Below, one piece after another: positions 1 through 11,509 of a DNA stretch of 64,000 nt. The stretch's first letter is position 1. Every line of letters starts with the position of its first letter. The position numbers were made by a program, and so were the translations under genes. Under the pieces are notes generated by a model that was not told the DNA's origin, made no database searches, and saw nothing but the letters and a program-made list of their open reading frames with translations. Source of the stretch: Paraphysomonas bandaiensis (taxonomy: Eukaryota; Protista; Chrysophyceae); contig CBFFRP010000253.1 of NCBI GenBank assembly GCA_965644295.1, positions 62,001 to 126,000 on the forward strand, given 5' to 3'.

Positions 1-504
1 CTATTAGTGGGGTCGGGTACCCCCGCAGATACTGTTAATTTCAATGAATTTATTCAGAAAAATATGAAACTTTATGAACTCAACAATGATCTTCAGCTTA
101 CTACTCATGCAGCTGCAAATTTCACCAGAGGAGAGGTAAGAATTTCTTGTAATTTATGCGTAGGCTGTGGTTGATGATGTCTACAGCTTGCTAAAGCCTT
201 GCGAAAGGGTCCTTATCAGACTAATCTTTTGCTCGCGGGACATGACTCACAGAATGGGGTGTCATTATACTTCATTGATTATCTAGCATCTCTTGCTAAA
301 GTAAACTTCGGTGCACAGGGATATGCCTCCAATTTTGTCCTATCAGTTTTCGATCGGGAATGGCGTGAGGGTATGACACTTGAGGAGGGGCTCGAAGTCA
401 TTAAGAAGTGCATCCATGAGCTTCACACAAGATTCTTAATATCCCAACCAGTGTTTGTAGTCAAGGTTGTTGATAGTGAGGGCACGCGCACTGTACAACT
501 GTAG
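1..504 (+). CDS. PSMB2: 20S proteasome subunit beta type-2, 5'-partial; exons <1-135 and 187-504
   Basis: Spliced translation ...DTVNFNEFIQKNMKLYELNN..TTHAAANFTRGE|LAKALRKGPYQTNLLLAG..LYFIDYLASL..AQGYAS; 51-bp gtaag..ctacag intron at 136-186. Confidence 0.93.
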
Positions 505-1238
505 GGTGCGTGTCTGATGTTTTTGGGTGGGTGATTTAGCACCATTAGATAGTATCAGCGAAGCGCTATGTTGTGCAGTTTTCGTTGTGGAACTCGAATA
601 AATAATTTATGGTTTATATGAACATGGATTAATTTACATTTGTAATAGGTCAGTGCCCCAATATTCATGACCATTCGTAGTTCATAGTGTCTGTGTCTTT
701 TGTCCAGCTTCCAGCTTGACTGTACGCTGTTGTACAACACTGTTGAAATTGACCTTGAAGAAGTCAGTATACCTACCGTGGCTTCCAGGTTAGTATACAA
801 CGTAAGTGGATATTCTATATCGGCGATCTCATCGTGATATAGTGATATATATTGTCATTGTCAGCGATCATCACAACTTGGCAGTGATTTATAATTTATA
901 ATTTATACTGCAAATGAACGCCTTCCCTTTGATGCATCATCGTCGCAAGAGCATGCTATCATTGCTCATAACTAGAAATTGATATATAAGTGTTACTAAG
1001 TACTAAGCCATCCTAAATTACAAGGTACATTGCCACATTATAGACTATAGACTACGCAACTGAGAAATTTTCAATAACTACCTTCTAATTCTAACAAAAT
1101 TCTAAATTATAAGCTACTATGCAAAACAACTCAGCTATACAGCTACACTAGGCTATAGGTTATTAGCTTAAAAGTCTCAGCAACGTCGAGCCAGTGGCGT
1201 TCATTTGCTCTTAGAAGAGCGAACGGCTTGTGCATTGC

Positions 1239-1504
1239 AATAAAGAATTGATCTTTATAATAGTAAAACAATGTTGTGATTATTAGAGTGTAAGTAATGA
1301 ACACGATAGAGTGAAAAATTATGAATAACAATATAGAACGTACTATCATGCACAACGGAATAGTTAGAAGTGTAACTGATAATGACGACGTTATGATGAC
1401 GATCACGTATCTTCGACAGATACTCTCTCTAATTCAGTTCATGGTGTATTTCATTGAACATTATAACTCACAGATACAATCATGTATTAAGCTGAATCCT
1501 AATA
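1239..1504 (-). repeat. 3' LTR of Copia A
   Basis: Identical by eye to 6709-6974; PPT abuts at 1505-1515. Confidence 0.95.
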
Positions 1505-1704
1505 CGCCCCCTCAATGAAATAATCAGTGAACCGTAGATAATAGAGAGAATATGAACTTATGCACACTGAGAATAAAAACCAGAGTAGCAGTCACTAGAC
1601 AATAATAAGCGAACTGCAGAGATGCCATATTGTGAGACTATCCTTCTAGTCCAGCATCATGTATTGAATAAAAGTAAAAAAAAATGGTAAAAACTCCGTG
1701 TAAC

Positions 1705-4700
1705 TCAAACTAGCCACCTAGGTCGCTTGTGGCTTGTTAATTGTGATTTAGGTGTCTCTGAGGTTGTTGATCGCTTCCTGTTGCTGCTGGATGGGATGTC
1801 GAACCCAGCTCCCCCCATCAATGTAGTTCGCAATTGAAGAAAATTAGTTGCTCCTAGTGGTTTCGTGAGAAGATCGGCTAACATTGACGTGGTGGGAATA
1901 TGGTCAACAGTCAATTGGTTTTCGGCAATATTTTCTCGAATGAAATGATACCGTATCGCAATATGTTTCGTACGACGATGATGAGTAGGATTGTAACATA
2001 ATTGGACTGCCCCTTTATTATCGCACCAAATAGTTGTTGAGAATGGAAGTTTGAAACCAATTTCGGATAATAAAGAGCGTAGCCATAATGCTTCCTGAGC
2101 TGCTGACGATAGAGCCATATACTCAGCTTCAGTAGATGACAATGCCACAGTTGTCTGTAATCGAGATTGCCATGATATAAGACAATTACCTATGAAGAAT
2201 GTAAAAGCTGTAGTGGACCGTCGAGTGAGGTGACACCGTGCCCAATCGCTATCGCAGTATCCTGACAATGTTATGTGGGATCCAGAATATATCAATCCTT
2301 GCTTAGCAGTGCCTTTGAGATACCTAAGAACATGTAGCGCAGCATTACAGGTAGTTAGATTAGGCATATCAGAGAATCTGGCAAGAGTATTGACTGCATA
2401 GGCGATATCCGGTCGAGTGCATACAGCTAGATACATTAGTGAACCTATGAGTTCCTTGTAGGGGAAATTCTGAACATAACTTTGATTTGACTCTGAAAGA
2501 TGATTGTATTCATGTAAATCATAGTTGAAAGACAGTAACATAGGTGTTGACATGGGTTTACTGTTAGACATGTTGAATTTGTCCAGTAACTTTCTGACGT
2601 ACTGCTCCTGACTGAGAGTCGTGATATTTTTGTCAAAATCTTGATGAATGGAGATGCCCAAGTAATAGTCTAGGAGTCCGAGATCCGTAATTTCGAACTT
2701 TTTGGATAAATGGTCTTTGAATTGTTGGATATCAGTGTCGGATGTAGATGCTATAATAATATCATCCACATACATGGCTATTAGCATAATCCTGCCATTA
2801 ATCTGCTTTTTGAATATACACGGGTCAGATATTAGTCTGGTGAAACCCATATCTAGCATAAAATTTGTACAGCACTTATACCAGTTAAGACCTGCTTGCT
2901 TTAGACCGTAGATGCTTTTCATCAGTTTGAGGACTTTTCCGTCAGGGACGTCCATGCCAGGAGGGGGATACATGTATATGTCCTCTTCGAGGTCAGCATT
3001 GATGTACGCAGTTGTGAAATCGATTTGGTGCAATTTGAGTTTCATAATAGTCGAAAGGGCAATAATTGTACGTAGTGATGTAGCCTTTGCGACGGGGCTG
3101 TATGTATCATTGTAATCGATGCCTTGGATTTGAGTAAAACCCTGTGCGACTAGTCGAGCCTTGAATTTGATATCATTCTGTTTTCTTTTTATTTTGAATA
3201 TGAGTTTCCCCTTTATGGCTCTTGCTCCAGGTGGTAACGCAGTGTATCTCCAGCACCCTTTCCTCTGAAGAGTGGATATTTCTCTATTGATAGCATCGAT
3301 CCACTGCTGTTTATATTTACCTGAAATAGCATCTTGAACACTCTTTGGTGTATCGGTTAGCTCGTCAATGTCATCGCAATTACTGATAGCATGCATAACA
3401 ATATCAATATTGTTTGTATGTAATTTTGATATACATTGTGTGTCATGTGCCATATGATTTACTACATGTTTAGCATTTACATCACATGTATATACACCAT
3501 CACCTAGTTTGTGTATATTTACAATTACCCGTTTCCTGGCCATTCTCCTGCTTCGGAGAACACTCTTTCTACCAGCTAAAAATTGTTGTTTTGCTGTAGC
3601 ACGGACCTTACTTGGCCCTTCAGGTGTACCCTGATTTTCCCAATCTCCCGATGAATCAGCAGACTTGTTACCGCGTTTGGCCATACGCTGGTGCACACGA
3701 TCCACTTGACCGTGTGGTGCCGGATTCGGCACTAGATTCCCATTGAATTGTTTCGGAGGGCGAGTCTTCGCTATCTTTGCATCGGAGTGGGTAGGTTCAC
3801 ACCGATGGCTGCTGATTCTCTCCTGCGCGGCATCATGATGTCTGAGATTCTCGCCACTCCCCCTGGAAGTAGCGGCTGGCGCTGGAGATCCAATAACTGT
3901 ATCGGGGTCTTGATCTGATTTGCTGGATTTATGTATTGGGGTTTTCGATCGAGACGTAATACATTTGAGACCAACTGCTTTGAGTTCTATGTATTCTTCA
4001 GTGTACTTTTCGACGTCTGCAGCATGAATAGGGTCGTCGAGCTGGATGAGTCGTGTCTTGTCACCACTGTCGTCGACTAGACCACGATACGCTGCGATTA
4101 ATCCTTTTCTGAGCTTTATTTGAGTCGTTACATATGTTAATCCATCGTCTGGATCTACATGAGCTAGACCTATGAGATATTTGAAACTTTCTACTGTCCT
4201 GGAGGTCTCATTCTCTCTGAAGATCTCATTTATCTCTTTAAAATATCTCTTATCCGCTGGTGGGACACATTCGTTGAAAAATACATGTCCTGATATAACA
4301 AAATCTCTTAATGCGGGAACAAAGACTATATATCCAGGACCATCCTCTCGATAGCCCATAAAATACCCAGGCCAGCTATGTCTGTCCCAATTGTTCTTTC
4401 GGAGACTGGAATCGATATTCACAAAGCATTTACATCCCCATATTCTGGCATAACTCAAGTCTGGTATTTCGTTTTCGATAAACTGAAGTGGAGACATAAA
4501 TCCTTTAGCTGTTTGACACGGTAACCTGTTCTTGATGTGTATTGTCGCCCTTGAGGCTTGTTCCCAGAAATTCGGTGGGAGTCCAGAGTCGATAAGGCTG
4601 CTGAGTGCTCGTTCTTTTGTTGTCCGCCATGATCGCTCTTGGAATGGGTTATCCTCGGGGGTATACGGAGAGTTGAAAGTCCATGTAGCCCCTATTGATT

Positions 4701-6698
4701 GAAGATACTCTAGAACTTTTCTTGATACCAGTTCCTTCCCGCCATCCGCATGATAATGTTGTAGGCGTTTGCCTTTACTATGTAGATACATGACAACTTT
4801 CTGGATGGATTGGATGACGAAATCTTCATCTCTCGTTGGTCCGTAGGAGTCCCATTGGTGTCTGGAAGCTACATCTGTCATCCCGAGTATGTAACGGTTG
4901 CCAGTAATGATTGCCTCCGGTGCATGGGGTCCAGAAAAATCGGCTACTACTAGCTCCCCCAGCTCATTCGCTCTTCTTACACGCTTGAGCAGCATTTGTC
5001 TGATAGCGTGTCTATGTTTTCGGCGATGAGATTTACCACTAGCACAACCATCACATAGGCCACCCGGTAAAGAAGTAGCATTCATCTCCGACTTCGTTAA
5101 CTTAATACCCGTTACTAATTTTGACTGTACAGCTTTCTGTATGAGTCCAATTGAAGAATGTGCCAATCTCTTATGTGCTAGGGTTGCGAGTGGGCCTGAA
5201 GCAGTTGAAGCAAGGTGGGATTCGTCAATAGGAGTACCGAGGTCTGTTAACGGAATTTCATATAGGCCTCCAACTCTCTTACCCTTTGATAGCAGTATTT
5301 CATCTTTATATATCTCAACTGATTGGTTTCCGAACAAGATTTTATACCCTAGGTCATCTAATTGGCTGATGGACACGAGTGTTCTTGAAGCATGGTCCAC
5401 GTGCTTGCACTTGGGGATAATACCAAGTCTTCCATGTCCTGAAGAGGTCATAGTTGATCCTGACTTAGCTGTTTGAATGTCGGTGAGGCATTCCTCATAA
5501 TTGGTGATGTATCCGGCTTCAGGTGTGATGGAGACTGTGCAGCCAGAATCAAGGGTCCCCATTCCGGCTTCTTGATCAAAAACGAAGTTCGTTTCGTCGT
5601 TTGTTGGATATCCGACTCCTCCGAAGTCTCGTCCTTTCTGTTGTAATGGACCACTGTCTTCATAATCTGCAAACTGGTCGGAGTCGTCGTTTTCAGTGCT
5701 CTGGTGGGTCTGGAATCTAACTTTTTTGAATTTCCTACTGGTTGATTTGTTTCCAGAGGAATTCTTCATCTGTTGGATTCTTTCCCATGAGTGTTTGCAT
5801 TCTGAAGCGATGTGTCCTTTTCCATCGCATCGGAAACACTTAATGTCCTTGTCAGCTCTCTTGTCATGTTTCGGTTTATTGGAACGGTTTCTGAAAGATG
5901 TCCCCTTTTTGCGCTTGGAATTCACTTTACTTTTGAAAAATGGGGGTTTTGAGGCTGCAAGCTGAATACTGTCGGTTTTTGTTTCTTCGTTGCTTGACAA
6001 GAGCATTCCGACAGACGAGCTTCCTAATCCGCGTAGTCTGCGTATGAGTGTTTTGTAGTCATCGATAGGGTGCATCTGCAGGTTGATCGCCAGTTCACGA
6101 TACGTCATATTTTCTTTGGATACCAGGCCTTGTCGAATGCGTGATATGAGATCTTGGTCACTTATCCGATGACCATAATTAATCAGCTTGTTTCGGAGCT
6201 TTTCGACAGCGTCAAGAAAGTTGATTATCGACTGACCTTTTTTGATTTTTATGCTCTGAAACTGGCGATCAGATCAGTGATGACGTCGTTAGTCGTTTTT
6301 TCTTTGAAGTGGTTGAGCAAGTCCGTCCAGGCGGTTTTACCGTCTCCATCGGGGACGTTCTCCAAAATCCCTTCAGCCTCTTCATTCTGACCAATGATAG
6401 AGCTTGCAATGACTGACCATAGGTAGTTATTACCTTCATCATAATATCGTTTTGCATCCTGATACTGTTCGAGTCGATACTGGTAGTCCTCGTCATCTGA
6501 GTTTTCTCCTGCTTCAGGCTCAATTGGGTGATCGTTCTGTAGAGTATAAACGATCTTAGGCTTGCGATAGAACCATGCACGGCACTTCTTCTGCCACCTG
6601 GAGAAGTTCTTCGCATCGAATTTTGGCATTGAGTCCTTTCGCTTGTCGGTTGTCGAATCCGAGTCGGTTGAGTCGTAACTTGTAACTTTAACTGACAT
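1705..6698 (-). CDS. Copia A gag-pol polyprotein with one -1 frame break near 6265
   Basis: Gag 6698-6249 continues in the -1 frame (RQFQSIKIKKGQS...); zinc knuckle CFRCDGKGHIASEC; protease LDSG; GAG-pre-integrase HKRLAH..CDGC; rve ADFSGP/HADGGKE/ERSWRT; RT KARLVAQGF..YVDD; RNase H DSDWA..ADLLTKPL. Confidence 0.93.
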
Positions 6699-6708
6699 CT
6701 CGCTACCA
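6699..6708 (-). promoter_or_regulatory. Primer-binding site of Copia A (TGGTAGCGAG)
   Basis: TGG directly follows the 5' LTR; first 9 nt shared with Copia B. Confidence 0.8.
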
Positions 6709-6974
6709 AATAAAGAATTGATCTTTATAATAGTAAAACAATGTTGTGATTATTAGAGTGTAAGTAATGAACACGATAGAGTGAAAAATTATGAATAACA
6801 ATATAGAACGTACTATCATGCACAACGGAATAGTTAGAAGTGTAACTGATAATGACGACGTTATGATGACGATCACGTATCTTCGACAGATACTCTCTCT
6901 AATTCAGTTCATGGTGTATTTCATTGAACATTATAACTCACAGATACAATCATGTATTAAGCTGAATCCTAATA
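6709..6974 (-). repeat. 5' LTR of Copia A
   Basis: Identical to 1239-1504; bounded by PBS and TSD. Confidence 0.95.
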
Positions 6975-7234
6975 ATTGCCCCTCCTACCATACACAAGAG
7001 TATAGCTACTTCCCTTAGTATGAGAAGCATGCATTGTTTCTACAATGAAGACTCTAGAAAATATTGCAACGCTTTCGCTACACTCACTGTAGATGGACTA
7101 AATTAATAAAGCAAAGGAATGTTTATTGGAAAACTGTCGGAATTAATTAATCACCGAACTGATTTAGTATTAATTTTCACTTTAACAAACTAATTCCCAT
7201 TTCGGAAAACGACACGTGTGTGATTGTTAAATGC

Positions 7235-7895
7235 TTAGGCGCTGCACTCATAGCTCTGCTGGGAGAGGATAAGAGCGACAATGAGCCCGTAAAGACCGAG
7301 GGCCTCGGCGAAAATGAGAATAAGGATCATACCCACGAAAAGTCTCTCCTGCTGTCCAACAGCACGTACACCGGCATCACCAACAATACCAATTGCCATA
7401 CCAGCAGCAAGGCCACTAAAAACAAAATGAGGGCATTGAAACAATTTCAATAAAAGTTTTATACCTGAGACCACAGCAAAGTCCAGCAGAAAGGTGGGCA
7501 TAGCCAGTGAAGCTAGAGTATTTGGTGGCACCATCAGTGTCAGGAGTGGTAACTATTGAAAACAACTGTTAAGCATCTCATATACATACATAGTAATACT
7601 TACTGGATCCCTGAATGATAACTGCGACAATGAGCCCGTAGATACCGAGCACACCAGCCATGACTACTGGGATGATGTTTCTCATCACAAGCTGAGGGTT
7701 CATCACACCCATAGAGGAGATTCCAACACCGGACTTGGCAGTTCCGTATGCAGCACCGATATCTGAATAAGTGTTATTCGGAGACATGAGGTATAAGTGT
7801 GTTTACTTACTGGCAAAGCAGAGGGCGGCAGTCACACCCATAAACCCAAAGAAGGGGGCAGAGGTAGGGCAAGTTTCGTAAGAGACGTCGGCCAT
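7235..7895 (-). CDS. ATP6V0C: V-type H+-ATPase 16-kDa proteolipid subunit c; 4 exons (7895-7811, 7762-7604, 7552-7465, 7415-7235)
   Basis: [80 protein letters not shown]; introns of 48, 51 and 49 bp. Confidence 0.96.
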
Positions 7896-8481
7896 TTTAT
7901 TTGATTACTGGTGCTATTATATCTCTAGACTGTTGCAGACTATGTATGGCAATGCAATAATATGCAAGGATGCATGCAATGCAATCCACTGTATACAGAA
8001 GCCTATATATATGCGGTGTGCAACACTGCAAAAACAATCCATTTTTTTAATTACGTATCTTGAAGGGATGCCTGCAGGAGTGGGAGCGTGTCTTTGAGAG
8101 ATAAGTATTTTCAGTTTTTTGAGTTGTGGTTGTTCTATATGTTTCTATTCTGTCTGTTGGAGGAATTTGTTGATCTGACGAAAAAATCCAGGATTTTGGT
8201 TCTGTGGGTGATGTACTGCTGTATACAGGAGTACGATAGTACGATGTACGTATACTTCTCATATCTGTACTCTGTATACATTTACGATCGTACTAGTACA
8301 CTGCTCCACCACAGCTGCTGCTGTATGTATGTACCACACCAAGTATATCTAAGTACACTGTACATACATATAGCAGTACTGTTTATACTGCTGTGTTGAT
8401 ATGTCCATATAGATAGTTCACTATATATAACAGAGTGAGATATCACAACAGAGCGATACACACACCTTCCTAGTGAATAAC

Positions 8482-9437
8482 ATGATCACCCATAAGACCT
8501 TTCATATAGAACGATGTGATGGACACGTACTTCACCCCTCTATTCAAGAATATTTGCAAGAATCTTCAATATCCCATATATGGGACAGTGCAGTGTACTT
8601 GTCTGCTTTTATGGCCACAATGCCGGTACAATGCTCTCAGTGATATATCTGGACTATTCTTAACATAATCATATAGGAAGAAGTCTCCGGATCGAGAGTG
8701 ATCGAGCTTGGTGCGGGTACGGGTATGCCCTCAGTGGTGTGTGGTATTATGGGCGCTACTGTGCTTGCAACTGACAGAGAAGACGAGCCTCAGTTACTGG
8801 ATAATCTTCGCACTACCTTTACTTGCAATGGACTTGATAATGCTGTAGCGGTATGGGATCTGATACGTGTGTTTGCTATGTTGTTATCTCATTGGAGTAT
8901 ATATGTATATATATTCAGCTCCCCCTCAGCTGGGACGATAGAAGCAGTATACAGAGAGTGCTGGACAAATATCCAGAGGGGTTTGACTTCATTCTTGGGG
9001 CAGATGTTCTTTATTCAACTGAGGGTGCGCTATATGTAAAGTTTCTTTTGACTCGGTGTCTCTGATTATATCTATTTGTACAGATTTTTGCCCTGTGATA
9101 TCTTTGGTGGCTCATCTGCTGTCACTGAAAAAAGGGGCAGTGTTTTACACTGCATATAAGAATCGTAGGTTAGTTTATATTGAAAGCCTCAGTTTTAGCT
9201 CTTATTCCTGTCGTTAGCTCTAGAAGAACACTGAAGCCATATCTGGACATATTTGGACTAGAGGCAACAGTTTTGCCGCCATCGACCTTCCTTCCAGCTT
9301 GCCAGAAGCTTGGTATCTGTGCAGTAATCGGGGATGAGGGTAGTGACATTAAGCAAGTGCCCTGCTTTGATGACATATTCCTCATCAAGATATATCTGGC
9401 AGAGAGCCAGATGGAGCCGATTACAGTTAATACCTGA
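8482..9437 (+). CDS. Methyltransf_16 family protein methyltransferase, METTL23-like; 5 exons
   Basis: IWDSAVYL, VIELGAGTG (motif I), LATD, LSW, ILGADVLY, FYTAYKNRSS assembled across four GT-AG introns. Confidence 0.85.
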
Positions 9438-9522
9438 CTGTATTGAGTGACAACTCGAAGGCGGGACAAGTTACCTTACGATGTGGCATGGTAAAAGCTG
9501 ATTGAAAATAGAAATCAAGTTG

Positions 9523-9601
9523 AGAGCGAGGCATGTAACTGTACAATGCTTCTGCGAATGAAGTTGGGAGCGAGGCATGTAATTGTACAATGTTTCTGCG
9601 C
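9523..9601. repeat. Two-copy tandem duplication, ~44-bp period
   Basis: gagcgaggcatgtaa(c/t)tgtacaatg(c/t)ttctgcg occurs twice. Confidence 0.8.
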
Positions 9602-10355
9602 GGTGTATATTTCAGTATACGTCCTAGTATTCGCTTTGATTCAATTTGAAATGCTCCTTGTGAGTAACCTGGTTTCGTTGTCAGAGATTGAAATGGAGCA
9701 TTTGATAACGATAATTGTGTATGATAGCGCTATCATGAATGTGTATATTGATGGAATGAACGGCTCAGAATGAATCACGTGTTTGATAACTATATCACGA
9801 TATCGTATTGCGGATACAATAAGTGATATATTGCATTTTGTAATGGTCTATCTACTATATACAGGTTTTATTATGTGTGCCATAATTAAAACAGTTAAAT
9901 GTATATCTTTTGACAGCTGTATTCGTGAAGTTATAATACACTGAAGGAATTGACGTTTTACTGGCGGTGTGACATATAAAATTGATGGACCTTGTATATT
10001 TCACACGACTACTCAACCACTATTCACATCCAACTGAATCAGCATCTCTGTCGACTTCTATTTCTTTCTATCCGTCACTAGACAAGATGCATACTTACAT
10101 AGCAACACCAGGTTTAGTACAGTCATGGTACTTGTGCTACTTGCAAGGAATAAATACCAACGATATTCATAATTCATATATCTTTATAATTATGGATACT
10201 TCTGTGTTCAAAATTTAAAACTGCGATGCTATAATAAAATACGTATAAAAGTTCACAGCTTCTCTGCAAACAAAGTTCTGCTTTAAATAGAATTAGTACA
10301 ACCTTCAACAAATATCTGAATGCACTCAGTGTTATATTGATATTCCCCCAGCCTT

Positions 10356-11509
10356 CTACAACTCAGCTTCCTCGACGCCTGTATCAGAGCCGTGACCATT
10401 ATTTCCACGACCCGAAGCCGCTTCCGCTATGGCCAACAACAGTGAGCTGTTGCCCCCTTCTGGACATGTGGCTACATGGGTTTGTCCTCCTCTCGTGACG
10501 GGCTCAAGCCTGCAGTCCTGCCCAACCTCCCATATCATCACTCCTCCTAGACCCTTTTCTACTGCAAGTCGCGTTTTGTCTGCAATAGTTTTGCGACCGT
10601 TGAAGGCTATATGTATAGGATTGCGCTTCTTCCCCTTCACCCGAACACGGTCAATGTCATCTTTCAAGGGGGCATAGTCCTGCACTATGTCCTCGTAAGT
10701 CGTCCAATCTCCTGTTTTTGAGTTGCGCCCATAAAATGGCAACCCAAGTGTGAGTTTCTCTGGAGGCAAGCCAATTGATATGCCTTGAGACACAACGCTC
10801 TCGGCGTAGGCATATGATGAATGTTGTCCACCTGGCTGGTCATAAGCCATTATGTGGAAATAATCCACAAGTTCTGGGGCACCAAGAGATAGAAGTAGTT
10901 GTTCCTGTTTCCCGTCTGGATAGTATGCCATGGTAATCGTACTCTCCGCCCCGAGAGCTTTCCTAGACTCGCGTAGCAGAAGCATTAAACCCTCATAATC
11001 TTTATTAACTTCTGCTGCAGCATCATAACCTCTACCAAACCCATAGCCTGGATACTCCCAATTATAATCCACACCATCAAGAGAGTGTCGATCAAGTAAA
11101 CTTTTAACTTCTTTCACAAATCTCTTTCGTGCTTTTGAGTTTCGTGTCATTGCAGAAAAACCACTCGAGCGGCCATTACCTCCGAAACATATCATTAGCT
11201 TACATCCCTTATCTCTTGCATCTCGGAGGACATCATCCTGAGGGAATCGATCCATTCCCAGTAGCTTCCCTGTTATACAGAGGCATTAGTATCAGCCTAA
11301 CCCATATATATACATATAAACACACCTTGAGGTGACGGTTCTAACGAAAAAAATATTAAATGAGTTACTACAGAGCATATAGTGTCGAAATTAGCCCCTC
11401 CATATCGCCATTCAGGCAGATAGGCTGCAACTGCAATCTGACTCGAGGCTCTTGCAATAGCACTCAAACACAGCAACCAGTTTACGATATGCACTTGAAA
11501 TAACTTCAT
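10356..11509 (-). CDS. Secretory-pathway GH18 chitinase-like protein; exons 11509-11326 and 11269-10356
   Basis: Signal peptide, AYLPEW, THLIFF, FGG, LDGVDYNWEYP, MAYD, LGLPFYGR, GLGGVMIWE; C-terminus EEAEL. Confidence 0.92.

Larger units (their letters stand above)
1239..6974 (-). mobile_element. Full-length Ty1/Copia LTR retrotransposon (element A)
   Basis: 266-bp direct LTRs 1239-1504 and 6709-6974; TSD ATTGC at 1234-1238 and 6975-6979; PBS TGGTAGCGAG; PPT TTGAGGGGGCG; order gag-PR-IN-RT-RH. Confidence 0.97.

Noticed and set aside
1321-1518. Duplicated small ORF MNNNIERT.. (also 6791-7018)
   Set aside because: Chance antisense ORF inside the LTRs.
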